A stretch of DNA of 64,000 nt, from positions 13,640,001 to 13,704,000 of the forward strand of contig JANJGN010000038.1 in NCBI GenBank assembly GCA_026770705.1, given 5' to 3'. The position numbers and the translations under genes are program-made. Numbering within the stretch: position 1 is the stretch's first letter; every line of letters starts with the position of its first letter. This stretch comes from Isurus oxyrinchus. Lineage: Eukaryota. The notes under the pieces were generated by a model that had not been told where the DNA came from, did no database searches, and worked only from the letters and a program-made list of their open reading frames with translations. This document shows, one piece after another, positions 23,301-36,639 of this stretch.

Positions 23301-26300
23301 ACGATTCAGATTCTCATCAGAAGCATTTAGATTCGTATTCAGAATGACTCAGCTTCACATTCAGATTATTGCAGATTCACATTCAGAATAATACAGATTC
23401 ACTTTCAGAATTATACAGATTCAGATTCAGATTGATTCAGATTGTCATTATAAACGATTCCGTTTCATATTCAGGTTGATTCATATTCAGATTCAGACCC
23501 AAATTCACAATGATTAAGACTCCTATTCACAATGATTCTGATTCACATTCAGGATGATTCAGGTTCTCATAGGGTGTGATGCATATTTTGATTCAGATTC
23601 AGATTCTGAATGATCTTGATTCAATTTCTGAATGATTCATGTTCAGATTGAGATAGGCTCATATTAAGATTCTGGTTGAATCAAGTTAGAATTCACATTC
23701 ATAATGATTTAGTTTCATATTCAGAATGATTCGGTTTCACTTTTAGAATGATTCAGAGTCAGGTTCAGATTGATTCGGATTTGGATTCAGAATTATTTCG
23801 ATTCACATTTTGAATGGTTCAGATTCACTTTCATAATGATTCAGAATCGGTTTATGATTAACTGAGATTCACCTATGGAATAATTCCGACTGACATGCAG
23901 ATCGATCCCTATTCAGCTTTAGAATGATTTAAATTCACATTAAGAATGATTGAGATTCATAAACGGAATACCTCTGCTTCAGAACAAGAATCAGTCAGAT
24001 TGATGCAGAAATATTTTTGGCTTGTTGTAGATTCGCATTGAGATTGCTTCATGTTAAGATACCGATTAATATATATTCAGGTACACAATGATTGAGATTC
24101 TGTTTCAGAAGGATTCAGATTCATATTCAGAATGGCTCAGATTCACTTTCAGATTAATTCTGATTCACATTCAGATTGATTCCCATTCACATTCAGAATG
24201 TTACATGTTCACATTCAGAATGATGCACATTCATATTCAGAATGATACTGGTTATCTTGAAGAATGATGCAAGTTCCCACGGAGTTTGATTCAGATTTGG
24301 TCAGATTCACATTTTGAATGATTCAGATTCAGATTTAAAGAGATTCATACTTGAAATTAGCACCATTCATGGATTTTCAATTAATTATGTGAACATTCAG
24401 ACGTGTTGGTCTCATAATAGGATTCAGGCTCCGGTTCACATTCAGAATGATTTATTATCGTATTCAGCATGACTCAAGTTCAAATTAAATCAGATTCACA
24501 TTCAGAATGACTCAGATCCACATTCATATTCATATTCAGAATGATATCAGATTCACATCCAGCTGGACACACCTTCTCATTAAGAATTGTACAGATTCAC
24601 ATGCAGAATCATTCGATTCCCATGTGGAATGGTTCAGATTTGCATTCAGATTCAGTCACATTCTGAATCATTCAGATTCACCTTCAGAATAATTCAGATT
24701 TAAAACTCATGCCATTGAGTTACGGATTTTGACAGAATCATGTGAACATTCAGAATGTGTCAGATTCACATTCAGAACGATCCTGATTCACATTATGATT
24801 CAGATTCACATTGAGATTGAAGCATATTATGGTTGAGGTTGAATCAGGCTTGAATTCATATTCACAATGATTTGGATTAATATTTAGAATGTTTCAGAAT
24901 TATATTCAAATGTTTCAGATTCAGATTGAGGTTGATTCCATTTCTGGTTCCGAATGATTCGGATTCACATTTTGAATGGTTACGATTCACATTCAGAATG
25001 ATTCAGTATCGGATTTTGATTAATTGAGATCAACCTACAGAATAATACCGATTCACATTCAGATTAATTCACATTTGGATTAAGAGTGATTCAAATTCTC
25101 CTTCTGACTGTTGCTCATTCACATTGAGATTTTTTTCATGATTAGATTCGGATTGTTTCATGTCCTGATTCACAATGATTCAGTTTCCCATCAAAAGAAT
25201 CTGGATTCATATTCAGAATGACTCACATTCACGTGCAGATTAATTCAGATTCACATTCACTTTGAATCAGATTCACATTTAGAATGAAATACAATCATAT
25301 TCGCAATGATACTGATTCACATTCAGGATAACTCAGATTGAAATTTAGAAGGATTCCAATTTATGTTGAGATTGACTTAATAGGATTCATTTTGCTTCAG
25401 TTTCGGATTCACATTCAAGATGAATTAGATTCATATTTAGAACGATTAAGATTAACATTTAGAATTATTCATGATCAGATTCAGATTGATTCAGATTCTC
25501 ATTAAAATGCATGTGATAAGGTGCTGCGTAAGAAGGTTATTGTACAATGTAGGATCTCATGGGATTTGGGGCTAATGTACTAGCATGGATTCAGGATTGG
25601 GTAACACACAGAAGGCAACGAGTCGGGATGAAAGGGTCTTTTTCAGGTTGGAAAGATGTAACTAGTGCATGCCACAAGGATAAGTCACAAATCGTTCATA
25701 ATTTGCTATCTATATTAATGACTTGGAAGAGTGGGGAAAGTGTAATGTTTCCAAATTTACTGATGAAACAAAAATAGGTGGGAGGGCAGGTTGTGGTGAG
25801 GACATAAGGAATGTTCATGGGGATATAGATAGGTTGAGTGAGTGGGCAAAAAAATGGAAGTTGGTGTTAAATGTAGGAAATTGTGAGGCCATGCATGGCA
25901 GGAAAAATCAAATGGCAGACCTTTATTTAAATAGAGAGGAACTCCAAAAAAGTGATGCACAGAGGGATCTGGGTGTTTCCTGTACATGGAAAACAAAATG
26001 TTAGCATGCCGGTGCAGCAAGAAATTATAACGGCAAATGGAATTTTGGGCTGTATTGTTAGGGGGTTGGAGTTCAAAAATAACAAAGTCTTGTTACAACT
26101 GTAGAGGTTTAGGTGAGGCCAAACCTGGTTTGTTGTGTACAGTTTTGGTACCCATATTTAAGAAATAATATACTGGCATCGGAGGCAGTTCAAATAGATT
26201 CACTAGGCTGATGGCTGGGATGAAGGGGTTGACTTATCAAGAACGGCTAAGCAGATTTGGACTTTATTCATAAGATTATAGACGAATGAGGGGTGATCTT

Positions 26301-28128
26301 TTTGAAACGTACAAGATTCTGAGGGGGCTTCACAGGGTAGATGTTGAGAAGATGTTTCAACTGCTGGGGAGAACAAGAACTGGGGACATAGTTACAGGAT
26401 TAGGGGCACTCCTTTATAAATGAGATGAGAAGCAATTTCTTCTCTCAGAGGATAGTGAATGGCTCGAATTCTATATCCCAGACGGTTGTGGAGGTTAGAT
26501 CACTGCAAGCTTCTAAAGAAGAGATAGATAGTCTTTTGAAATGTCAGGGAGTTGAGGGCTACAAGGAGCTGGTACGAAAAAGGTGGTGAGGAACGGGGCA
26601 GGTCAGCCATCTTCATATAAAATGGCGGGGCAGTCTTGAGGGCCGAATAGCCTACTTGTGTTCCTGTTTCTTATGTTCCCATGTTCTTATGATTCTGTTT
26701 CATATTCATATTGATTATATTTTGAATGATTCAGATTTGTAGTGAGAATGATCCAGATTCACCTTTGTAATAATTCAAATTCACATTCAAAATAACTGTG
26801 GTTCATGTTCAGAAATGATCACTTGGAGGTTCAGATTGATTCCGACTCATGTTCAGAATCTTGGAGCTTCTGATTTAGATTGAATCAGATTCTCATTCAA
26901 AATGTTTTATAATTATGTTCAGAACTATTCATATTCAAATTGCGATTGACTCAAAGCCACAATCAGAATAATTCTGAGTTGAATTCATAATGATACAGAT
27001 TCAGATTCATAATGTTTCAGGTTCACTCTCTAAGTGTTTAATGTTCACATTCATATTGATTGAGGTTCACGTTGAGAACTATTCAGATTCACATACAGAA
27101 AGATTCAATCTCAGAACGATTTCGATTCAACTTCAGAATGATTCATTGTCGGATTCAAATGGATGCCGATTCTGATTGAGAAAGATTCAGATTCACATTT
27201 ATAATGACTCCAATTAATATTCAGATTGTTTCCATTCACATTCGTTCCAATTCAGATTCACATTCATGATGATTCATATTCACGCTCAGAATGATTCTGG
27301 TTCACAGCCAGAAAGAATCTTTTGAAGGTTGCAATTGATTTGGATTGATCTGAATTATTGAGCTTCTTTTTCAAATCCAGTTGTTAACATTCAGAAAGAC
27401 TCAAAATTCACGTTCATAATGATTCTGATTCACCCTCTGAATGATCCAGGTTCGCATTCTTCTTGATTCAATATCACATTGAACAGTATATAGATTCGCA
27501 TGCAGAACGTTTCACACTGAAAATAATTCAGAATTCAATTCATAATGATTCATTTCCTGATTAAGAATGATACTGATTAGGAATCAGAATGATTCTGATT
27601 CACGTTCAGAATAATTATGGGTCAGATTCTGATTTTTTCCGATTCACATTGAGAGCAATTCAGATTCACATTCAGAACAATTCAGATTCAAAATCAGAAA
27701 TATTCTGATTGACAAAGAGAATGATTCAGATTCGGATTCAGCTTGATTCAGATTCGCATTGGGAAACATTCAGATTCAAATTTAGCACCACCTAGTTAAG
27801 GATCGTAATTGATTCAAATGAACATTAAGAATGTGTGAGGTTCACATTCTGATTGATTCAGATTCACATTCAGAATGATTTAGATTAATATTCAAGTTGA
27901 TTACGTTTCAAATTGAGAATTGTTCACATTCATATTCAGAATGATGCAGATTCCCATTCAGAGAAAAATAGTCAGATTGTTGCTGATTCATATTCTGATT
28001 CGGATCGTTTCAGAATCAGATTCAGGTTTATTCAAGTTCAGAATGATTCAAGTTCAGATTGAGATTGATTCAGATTCTAATTCAGAACGATCCAGATTCT
28101 GTTTCAGAATGATTCAGATTCACAATTT
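20360..28128. repeat. Degenerate satellite built on GATTCA/CATTCA hexamers (~22 bp unit GATTCAGATTCACATTCAGAAT), split by a CR1 insertion
   Basis: Continuous motif recurrence over 20360-25505 and 26690-28128, with longer blocks that recur at higher order. Confidence 0.92.
25508..26692 (+). mobile_element. 5'-truncated CR1 LINE inserted in the satellite
   Basis: WIQDWVTHRRQRVG, SKFTDETKIGG, RLSEWAKKW; CR1 tail TTCTTATGTTCCCATGTTCTTATG. Confidence 0.9.
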
Positions 28129-28129
28129 T

Positions 28130-29070
28130 AAATCATTCATGGGACGTGGCCTTCTCTGGCCAGCATTTATTGCCCATGGCTTTTGCCTGTCGCTGGTGGT
28201 GAGCTGCCCAATTGCACCACTGATCTCCATGTGGTATTTTGGAAGGTGCTATCGAAGGAGGCTTGGTGAATTCCTCCAGCGCTTCCTGTGGATGGTACAC
28301 GATTCTTATACTGTGTGTCGGTGGTGGGGGTAGTGAGTGTTTGTGGACGTGGTGCCAATCAAATGGGTTTGCTTTTTTCCTGGATGGTGTCAAGCTCCTT
28401 CAGAATTATGTAAGCTGCACTTAGCCAGTAAATTGGGGATTATTCCATCACACTCCTTACTTGTGCCTTGTAGATGGTGGGCAGGCTTTGGGGAGTCAAG
28501 AGGTGACTTATACGTCAGAGCATTCCTAGCCTCTGACCTTCTCTTGCTGCCACAGTCACCCAGGATATTGATTGTGGGGTTATCAGCGATGAGTTGCCAT
28601 TGAACAGGGGGCAGTGATTGGGTTCTCCCTTTTGGAGATGGTGAATACCTTACTTTTGTGTGGTGTGAATATTAATTGCCACTTCTCAGCCCAAGCCCGA
28701 ACATTGTACGGGTCTTGCAGCATTTGGGCATAGACTGCTTCAGAATCTGAGGAATTGCAAATGTTGCTAAACATTGTGCAATCATAAATAAACGTCCCCA
28801 TTTCTGACCTTATGATGAAGGAAGGTAATTGATGAAACAGCTGAGGATGGTTGGGGCGAGAATACTACCCTAAGGATCTCCTGCAGTGATGTCTTGGAGC
28901 TGAGATGACGGACCTCCAGCATCCACAAGAACTTTCCTTTCTGCTAGGTATAACTTTAACCAACCGAGACTTTTCCCCTGATTCCTATTGACTTCAGTTT
29001 TGCCAAGGCCGCTTATGCCACACCTGGTCCAATGCTGCCTTGCTGTCAAGGGCAGTCACTGTCACTGTCA
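28130..29070 (-). mobile_element. APE-RT LINE (second family) 3' fragment
   Basis: Homologous to 7610-8780 (CATTCATGGGACGTGG...CCAGCATTTATTGCCCA; RAWAEKWQL). Confidence 0.85.
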
Positions 29071-29074
29071 CCTC

Positions 29075-31180
29075 ACCACAGGAGTCCTTTGCCCATTGTT
29101 TGAACCAAGTCTGTAATGAATATTTGTGGTCCAGCTATATCAATCCCTAAAATAAATAGAACCCCTGCACTAGGAAATTTCTCCACCACTCCAACAATCA
29201 CCTCTCTTGTTTTCAAATCGCCTTTTAAATTTAGATTTTTTAAATAACTAAATTGGCTTGAACGGCCATGAATTCCATGAACCAATGCATTCTCTTTAGT
29301 AACTCCTCTGGACATCAGATGGCACTTTCACATAGCATTAATGTGTGCACAGGCCCTGTATCTCTTAGGGTCTTAATCGTCCTTCCTGCCTTGCTCGGAA
29401 AGCATGGATACACTTTCCCTTCGCATTTGAACTATTTAAGGGTCTCTGTAACTTGCCCTTGAGAACTTCCTTAGGCAGGTTGTGAAAACATCCCCACCTC
29501 TCTGATGAATACTGACTATTCCGTTTTCACCTTTGCAAGGGATATTGGCGTGTCCTGCATGTGTTCATCTTTAGAAGACTGGTATTGTTCAGCTTGCTCC
29601 TTGTTACTAATACTTTTATAATCAGTAGGTTTCTTTACCTCTGATTCTATTGCTGATCTTTTTCCTACACTCAACTATGTGTGTGAAGTATCAAAATTAT
29701 CGGATAAAACCGCGATTTCCCTGGAGTTTGTAATGGTATTTCACCTAAATATGTCTTGATGGTTATTGGAATAGTAGTCCTACATTATTCCATAATCATA
29801 ATGTTTTTTGAATTGTCATAAGTCTTATCTAACTTCAAAGACATAAGATTTGGTTCCCGAAGAATTTATTTAATTTTCTTGAAAACTCTACCAATGGTTG
29901 ATTAGGTCTATTTCTTACAGACATAACCTTCAACTGATAAGCTTCAGTGCCAATTTCATAAATATTTAGTGTTGCCATTTTAGCTTCCTCGAAGTCTGCA
30001 CATGGTTCCTCTAATAAGCTCGTGTACAGAATCGTTGCTGTACCTGAAAAACACTTAGTAACATTATAGTCGAAGTATCTCTTGGCCAATTCAATTTCAT
30101 AGCTACCTTTTCAAATCAGGTGAAATATCTTTCAATTCCATCCTCCGTAAAATTAGGCACGAACTTAAGATTTCCTCAAAGAAATCAAAGTCACCACCTG
30201 AATCAACAACTCTCCTTTCCTCCTTTATTCTAAGTTTTACTTTAGACAATTCATACTGCCTGGCTTCTTTCTCTCTCTGAAACTCTATCTCTCTACTTCT
30301 CTCTTTCCTCAATTGCTACCTTCTGTCTCTATTGTTGAAGTTCGAGCTTTCTCATTTCTATTTATTAAGAACATAGCAACATAAGAAATAGTAACAGGGG
30401 TAGATCATTCAGCCCCTCGAGCCTGCTCCGCCATTCAATAACTTTTTCTGGTGTTTCAAAATCCACATTTCCACATAACCCAGAAAGCCTTTGAGTCCCT
30501 TGCCTATCAAGAGCCTATCTATCTCTGCCGTAACAATATTCAATGACCCCGCCTTTAATACCTTATGAGGCAGAGAATTCCAAAGTCACAAACACTCTTT
30601 GAAGAAACAATTCCCCTCATCTCTGTCCTAAAAGACCTATTGCAACGTTTCTCTTTTCCTCATTTTGCTCTTCTTCCTCGCTCCCCATGCAAGCGTTTTT
30701 ATTTCTATTTATTTTACCCTGTTCTTATCTTCCTCTTCCTCATTTTTTTCGAGTTCAGGTTTTCTCATTTCTCATTTTACTTCTGATTCAAGTCCCTTCA
30801 GTTCCCTTTCTTGTTCAAGTTCAAACTTCTTCATCTGCAGCTGAAGCCCTACTAACTCCAGCTATGAAACACTATTATCAAGTGTCTCTTCCTCTAACTT
30901 TAAATCCTGAGTAAGCACTACAACTAAATGAGCCTTAAAAATTCGCTTTTATTTCTACCTGGGCGTCATCTGATAACTCTTTCAGAGATTTCAAATGCTC
31001 CAAAGTTACATTTTGCACTCCCAGAAAAGTCTTAGCAGTTGCATTTTGCAATGCAATCACTTTACAGTCCATCAACACAAACCCCTTGACGTCAGTACTC
31101 TCCTCTAACTTGTATCTGTTTAAGTTCACAAATTGCAATTCAAGCAAATAATTTTAAATCAGGCAAAGAGCCCCCAAATT
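29075..31180 (-). mobile_element. Gypsy (Gmr1-like) LTR retrotransposon relic: PBS, gag, protease
   Basis: Minus strand shows LTR end ...TGTAACA then AATT-TGGGGGCTC (tRNA-Pro-type PBS, 31168-31176), a charged coiled-coil gag, SCAN-like EAYQLK..RNRPNQPLVEF, and protease IKTLRDTG (~29350-29380) followed by FILGIDIAG. A CR1 tail is nested at ~30370-30635. Confidence 0.7.
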
Positions 31181-32344
31181 TGTTACAAACACAACCAATG
31201 TTATTTTCTGATCAGGCCAAATCGTAGAGGTAAACCTATCTTCCTGTGCATAACATTTTCATTTGTATTTTAAAAACAAGGAAAAAAAGCTACTGATCCC
31301 AGAAGCTTAGAATTCCAAAAGACCTTTAGGATTTTAAAACGTTAAAAGATTTATTAACAGGAAGGAAAACAGTGACCACTTCAGATTAAAGTTATGAAGT
31401 TGAAACAGTTCTACAAAACATCGCCACCTCCCTGCCCCCGAAACCACAAATAGTCAGGATGCACAAGTAACCTACTTAGAAACCCATCCTTAGAGATTTT
31501 TAAGTATAAAAAGCGAATAATATTCATTCAATTCAAAGCTGCTGATAATTTAGAAAGAGTTTACCACATGACTCCTCTGCTGCGGAAATCCAAGAAAGTA
31601 CGGAACACAAACTGCTTTCTGGATAAAAGACAGCCTTTTCCTTGTTTGGCTGGAAGGCTGTTTCAGATGTCATACATTGTCTCAGGACAGAGCTGGATTC
31701 AGGGCATGTCCCCCGCAGAACCACCACAACTGAACTCAGCATTTTGATACTAGCAAAATACTGTGGATGTTGGAAAGCTGAAATAAACAGAGAAACAAAA
31801 ACAGACAGGGAGTTTTCTGTTTTTATTTCAGCTGAACATCTTTCCTTAAATATCCTTTTCCCCTTTCATCTTAGACTCTATTTTCCTCAGCACCTTCTTG
31901 AACTAAACTTTCCCAAAATAGAAAAATCATTAATGTTTTCCTGTTGCCTCCACTTTCGGAACAAATGAAATGTAAGAACCTTCCCTTTTTTCTGATGAAA
32001 GAATTGTAAGTTTTAAACGTCCTTCAAACTCTACTTTGAAATTTAACAGCTGCAAGGTCAAGTCCCTACCTATCTCCAAATGCGAGTTTTAAAAACCCAC
32101 CCTATTTACTTGTAAATCCAACATCACCGTTGCCACTGATTGCAAATATATGCAACTCGTACCTGTACACTTTTATCTCTCAACTCATACAGGCAAGCTG
32201 CCTCTATGAACCTACTCCAAGCTTAATAAATTATGAGCACGCACACACAAATACACATCCATCTATACAGAATACCAACATATTGCCAAAATACTTTCCA
32301 AAAAGCATCCATCTTGTTATAAAACTATAAGGATTTTTCATACT
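31181..32344 (-). mobile_element. Probable LTR of the Gypsy relic
   Basis: Begins TGTTACA next to the PBS and is AT-rich. The far boundary (TTTTTCATAC) is approximate. Confidence 0.45.
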
Positions 32345-32924
32345 GCAATTGAGATGTACTGCAAACTAGGCATAAATGTGTGAGTCTGGATGATTCTGTC
32401 TGTGTGTAATTTATTGGATTTGCTGATGAGCAAACATGGATGAGACCTTAGCGTCTAATGTGCAAAGGAAGTAAATGAGATGTTTGGATTTCAAAGAGAT
32501 GGTAGGATGTTTACAAATGGCTCGATAAGTAAGGACAAGCAGTGTGTTTATTTTTCCAAAAAAGAAAAGGAAAGGTATTTATTTTATGGGAAAAGTAAAT
32601 TTGTGAAGACATATGGAACAGTGGAATTTACAGGTTAAAGATGGAGAAACATATATAAAGAGGAACTAAAGGCTATTTTAGGGTTGAAGCAGGGACATGT
32701 AAGATCTAACAGGAGTGTGTGAAACAGCTTTGGAGAAGCCTAGAGCCATATCTTGCAAAAGTCTGCTGTGGACAGTAACTAAAGCTGGAGAAAAGCCCTT
32801 TAGAATTCTATTGTCGCCTGGGTGTTGTGGTAACGTGCTGGCTTGCTTTTTAAATCTAAAATCTATTTTAAACTGTTGCATTAAAGTAGGTATGTGCTCC
32901 TGCAAGTCTAGACCATTTTGAATT

Positions 32925-33285
32925 GCAACTATATCGTCGTTCCTTCACTGCCACTGGGTCAAATTCCTTGGAACTCCTTTCACACATCAGTGAAGGTGCA
33001 CCTGCATCAGGTGACTGCAGTCATTCAAGAAGGCAGCTCACAACCATCTTCACAAGGATAATTAGGAGTGGACAACAAATGCTGGCCTTGCCACTAAAGC
33101 CCACATCCCATGAAAATTATCCGCTGCCCTCACTTAGTTTGGCCTATGTGAGACTCCACACGCACAGAAATATGGTTGACTCTAAACAGCCCTCGGGAAT
33201 GACCTAGTAAGCCGTTCATTTCAAGGGCAATCTAGGGAGGGCAGCAAATACTGGCCTTTCCAGCGAAGCCGACACCCCATTAAAA
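32925..33285 (+). mobile_element. Tandem SINE/LINE 3' tails (second LINE family)
   Basis: Two copies of ...GGGCAA..AATGCTGGCCTTGCCA...CCCACATCCCATGAAAA. Confidence 0.7.
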
Positions 33286-33292
33286 ATATATA

Positions 33293-33372
33293 CTAATAAT
33301 ATAATAATCATAATAATTATTACTATTATTATGAAGAAGGATAATAATAATAATTATTATTATTATTATTAT
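33293..33372. repeat. (TAA)n/(TTA)n microsatellite with inverted halves
   Basis: TAATAATATAATAATCATAATAATTATTACTATTATT ... ATAATAATATAATTATTATTATT. Confidence 0.85.
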
Positions 33373-33379
33373 GTGCTGG

Positions 33380-34230
33380 ATATGTTCTCACTAGATGTCG
33401 ATGGCTGGAATAAGAGGAATGTCGCCAGTTTCAGCTGGACCTGTCCACACAGAAATTCATAGGGTGGAGCTAGATCTATCCACAGTGAATGTAACAGGTT
33501 AAATTGAACTTGTTCACACTGCATTAAAGTGCCTTGATCTCCGCTTCTGTTCTGAGAGTAAATTGAGTGACTTAGCCCTCTACACACTGATATTAAATTG
33601 GGCCCCGAAACACTGAATTTATTACCGCTGGTTTGGACCTGCTCGTACAAATGTACATTTCAACGCCTGAATTAAAGCTGTTGGTCTGGACTGAGATCGG
33701 CTTCTGAATACTGAGTGCAGCCTACTGAACATGTCCTCCCCACATTGAATTTAACCATGATGAACTGGATATATCCCGGACTTTCTGAAACTTTGTGGAA
33801 TGAACCCGGGCATAGTCACGGTTCCGATGTTAAAGTGGACACGTATGCGAAAAAAATATTAAAAAATGAAACTATGATCAACTAGACCAGCCTATGCAGA
33901 ATTACAGTTCAATTAACTGGCCATATCCATACTGAATATATTCGTCATTAACTGGACATGTGAACACTGAATGTAACTGCACTCACCTGGGGCTGTGTAC
34001 CGTCAATGCACTCGTGCAGAAGAGAATGAAATGCTACTCTGCTGATCTGGACTACAATTCACTCAACGTAACGGTGCCGAACTAGAACTGTCCTCACTGA
34101 AAATAACTCTGCATGATTGGAAATGTCACAATTACTTCACAGAGTTTGATTTGAGTTTCGATGCACAGCTCCTGAGTATTTGAAGTCAATGGTGTTGTAG
34201 CACAATGTCATACGGACTGAACATTGCTCA
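33380..34230 (+). repeat. Very degenerate tandem repeat (recurrent CACTGAAT.TAACTGGAC motif)
   Basis: Motifs such as CAGTGAATGTAACAGG, CACTGAATTTATTAC, CACTGAATGTAACTGC and CACTGAAAATAACTC recur. The period is uncertain. Confidence 0.45.
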
Positions 34231-34595
34231 GGAATAAGAAGTAAACAGAGTTTTTCCTTCGGGCCAGAATCTTTCTGGTTCATTAACGCTTGTGCTGAGA
34301 CTTAACGCAGTATTGGTGGGTTCACACCCGATAATTATGCATATTTCTCGTTTTCGCCATTGAAACCACCTATTTAGCCGTTCATTATCGTCTTATGAAG
34401 GGACACAATTTGGAGTACATAACTGTACTCCCTGGGTATTTTACATTAGAGTCAATTCGGAGCCCTTTAAAAACATTACATAACATCGAAAAATAAACAC
34501 CACCTTGGCAGCAGCTGGAATAAACTACTTGTTTCAATTTGCAAATATTGCAAAGAATCAAACATTTAATTAATTCCCTGGAGCCGGATATCGGG

Positions 34596-34601
34596 TATAA
34601 A
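34596..34601 (+). promoter_or_regulatory. TATA box of the GPCR paralogue
   Basis: TATAAA ~55 nt upstream of ATG 34653. Confidence 0.45.
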
Positions 34602-35649
34602 CGCGACAAGTTTTCAATGTCATGTAGAACGTGCTGACAACTTTTGCTAAACATGCACGGATCACGGAAAGATCTTTTCTTTGCCATTTACGATGCTTTC
34701 CTTGCAGCTATCGAGGTTCCAGGTAAATTATTGTAGTTAATTATTACTTACGGAATTCATTGATTAGACTTTATCATTGCTCTCATTTACTCGCTGCTCT
34801 TCTCTATCGTACTGACATCTTCCCCCGGCTCCCCTCCGCGGTATCTTTCTCCTTCAAGCATGGAATTTCTTCACTCCAATTGATATAATTTCTCCTGTTT
34901 ACTACACTTTCACACATTGGTTCTCCAATTTAACGACATAATTATTTACATTTCCTGATGCAATTTCTACCCATTAATGATATAATTTCTCCCCTTTAAC
35001 AGTGCACTTTTAGACGTTTATCCGTGTGGTTTCTTCACATTACTGATATCAATTCTCCCTCTCTCTTGATAATATCAATTTGAACTTTATTGGTTAAATC
35101 TATCCAATATAATGGTCTCAGCTAAAAATAATGATAGAATGTTTTCCTCTTCCAAAGTATAATTTCCTCACTCTAGCTGCACAATTTCTTATGGTTCGCA
35201 GCGTAAACGTGATCCTATCCTGTTGACACCGTCACTGTGGGTGAGTTGTCACACTGTTAAGACAATGTAAATGTAATTTTATTATGTTATTGACACAGAT
35301 CAGTTTCGACAAGAGATTCACTGAGTGAAATTAGTCAGATCTTTATTAAACCCCAACTGCATTTTATGATGAGCTTTTTTGATGGGACATTACTAACCAT
35401 TGATTTGTTAATAGAAATATGTTCAAAGTAACGAGTGTTCAATGTACAAATGAATGTGCTCACGCTAAACTCAAACAATGCAGTGTCTCTTCTCTCACTC
35501 CGAAACACCTATCTACTCATCTCGATTCTCCTCCTCCACCTTAGATGCTGCTGGTAATTCTACCGTGTCAGCTGCTGAGTCCGGGTAGTTTGCTGCTCCT
35601 AGCATCTGGTAATGTCCAGGACTTTCCACTCAACAAAGAAGAAAGAACA

Positions 35650-36150
35650 AAGAATAAAGAAAAGTACAGCCCAGGAACGGGAACTTCGCCGATTACATTG
35701 CCCGCAAATAAAACATTTTGCACTTCCAGGGTCCATATCCCTCTATTCCCATCCTCTTCATGTATTTGTCAAGCCGCCTCTTAAACACTACCATCGTACC
35801 TGCTTCCACCACCTCCTTTGGCAACGAATTCCAGACACTCACTACCCTCTGCATAAAGAACTTGCCCCGCACATCTCTATAGTTTTCTCCTCTCACTTTC
35901 AATCTATGTCCCCTAGTAACTGACTCTTCCACACTGGGAAAAAGCTTCTGACTATCTACTCTGTCCATGCCACTCATAATTTTGTAAACTTCTATCAAAT
36001 CGCCCCTCAATCTCAGTCGCTCTAGTGAGAACAATCCGAGTTTCTCCAACCTCTCCTCATAGCTAATAACCTCCAGACCAGGCAGCATCCGGGGAAACCT
36101 CCTCTGCACCCTCTCCAACGCCTCCATATCCTTCTGGTAATGTGGCGACG
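35650..36150 (-). mobile_element. Young CR1 3' fragment in GPCR intron
   Basis: Open ORF PHYQKDMEALERVQRRFPRMLPG...LRGDLIEVYKI...TRGH plus CR1 tail. Confidence 0.92.
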
Positions 36151-36639
36151 ACTCCTTCAATCTTTCCTCCCTATATTTTGTGCCGACATAATTGCTGGCA
36201 CTTCTCGCATCTGATACAAAAGTTTTAATTGCAATATCACGAAATTTATCCTGACAGTACAGTGCAGCACGAAAGTGGAGTTACATTCTTGAAGGGGTCT
36301 TTAGCGGGAAGAGACCTTATCATCTGCCAGCTCTGGGGGTCCGTGTCGACCACTGAGATCCCAGGCAACTGCCAGGAGAGGCGCTGGGAGTTATTATTGC
36401 GGCTCGTAGAAAATTTCTAATAGTCTGAAACTATGAATTGCCCTATCGTGGCTTTCTATCTGAGGATCATTTTTATACAGCTAGGCTGTGGAGTTTTCCA
36501 ATAGTGAGTCATTTTACAGTAATTCACAGAGTGAGGCCGCCTCTCGAACCCAGCTGGACATAATACGTTGTAAAAATACGTTTTGGTCTGAACTTCTTGT
36601 TAGTTTATCTTTTGCGGTCTCTTTCTTCAATTATTTAAA

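Noticed and set aside
24507-28333. Ile/Gln/His-rich ORFs in the satellite
   Set aside because: Translations of GATTCA repeats.
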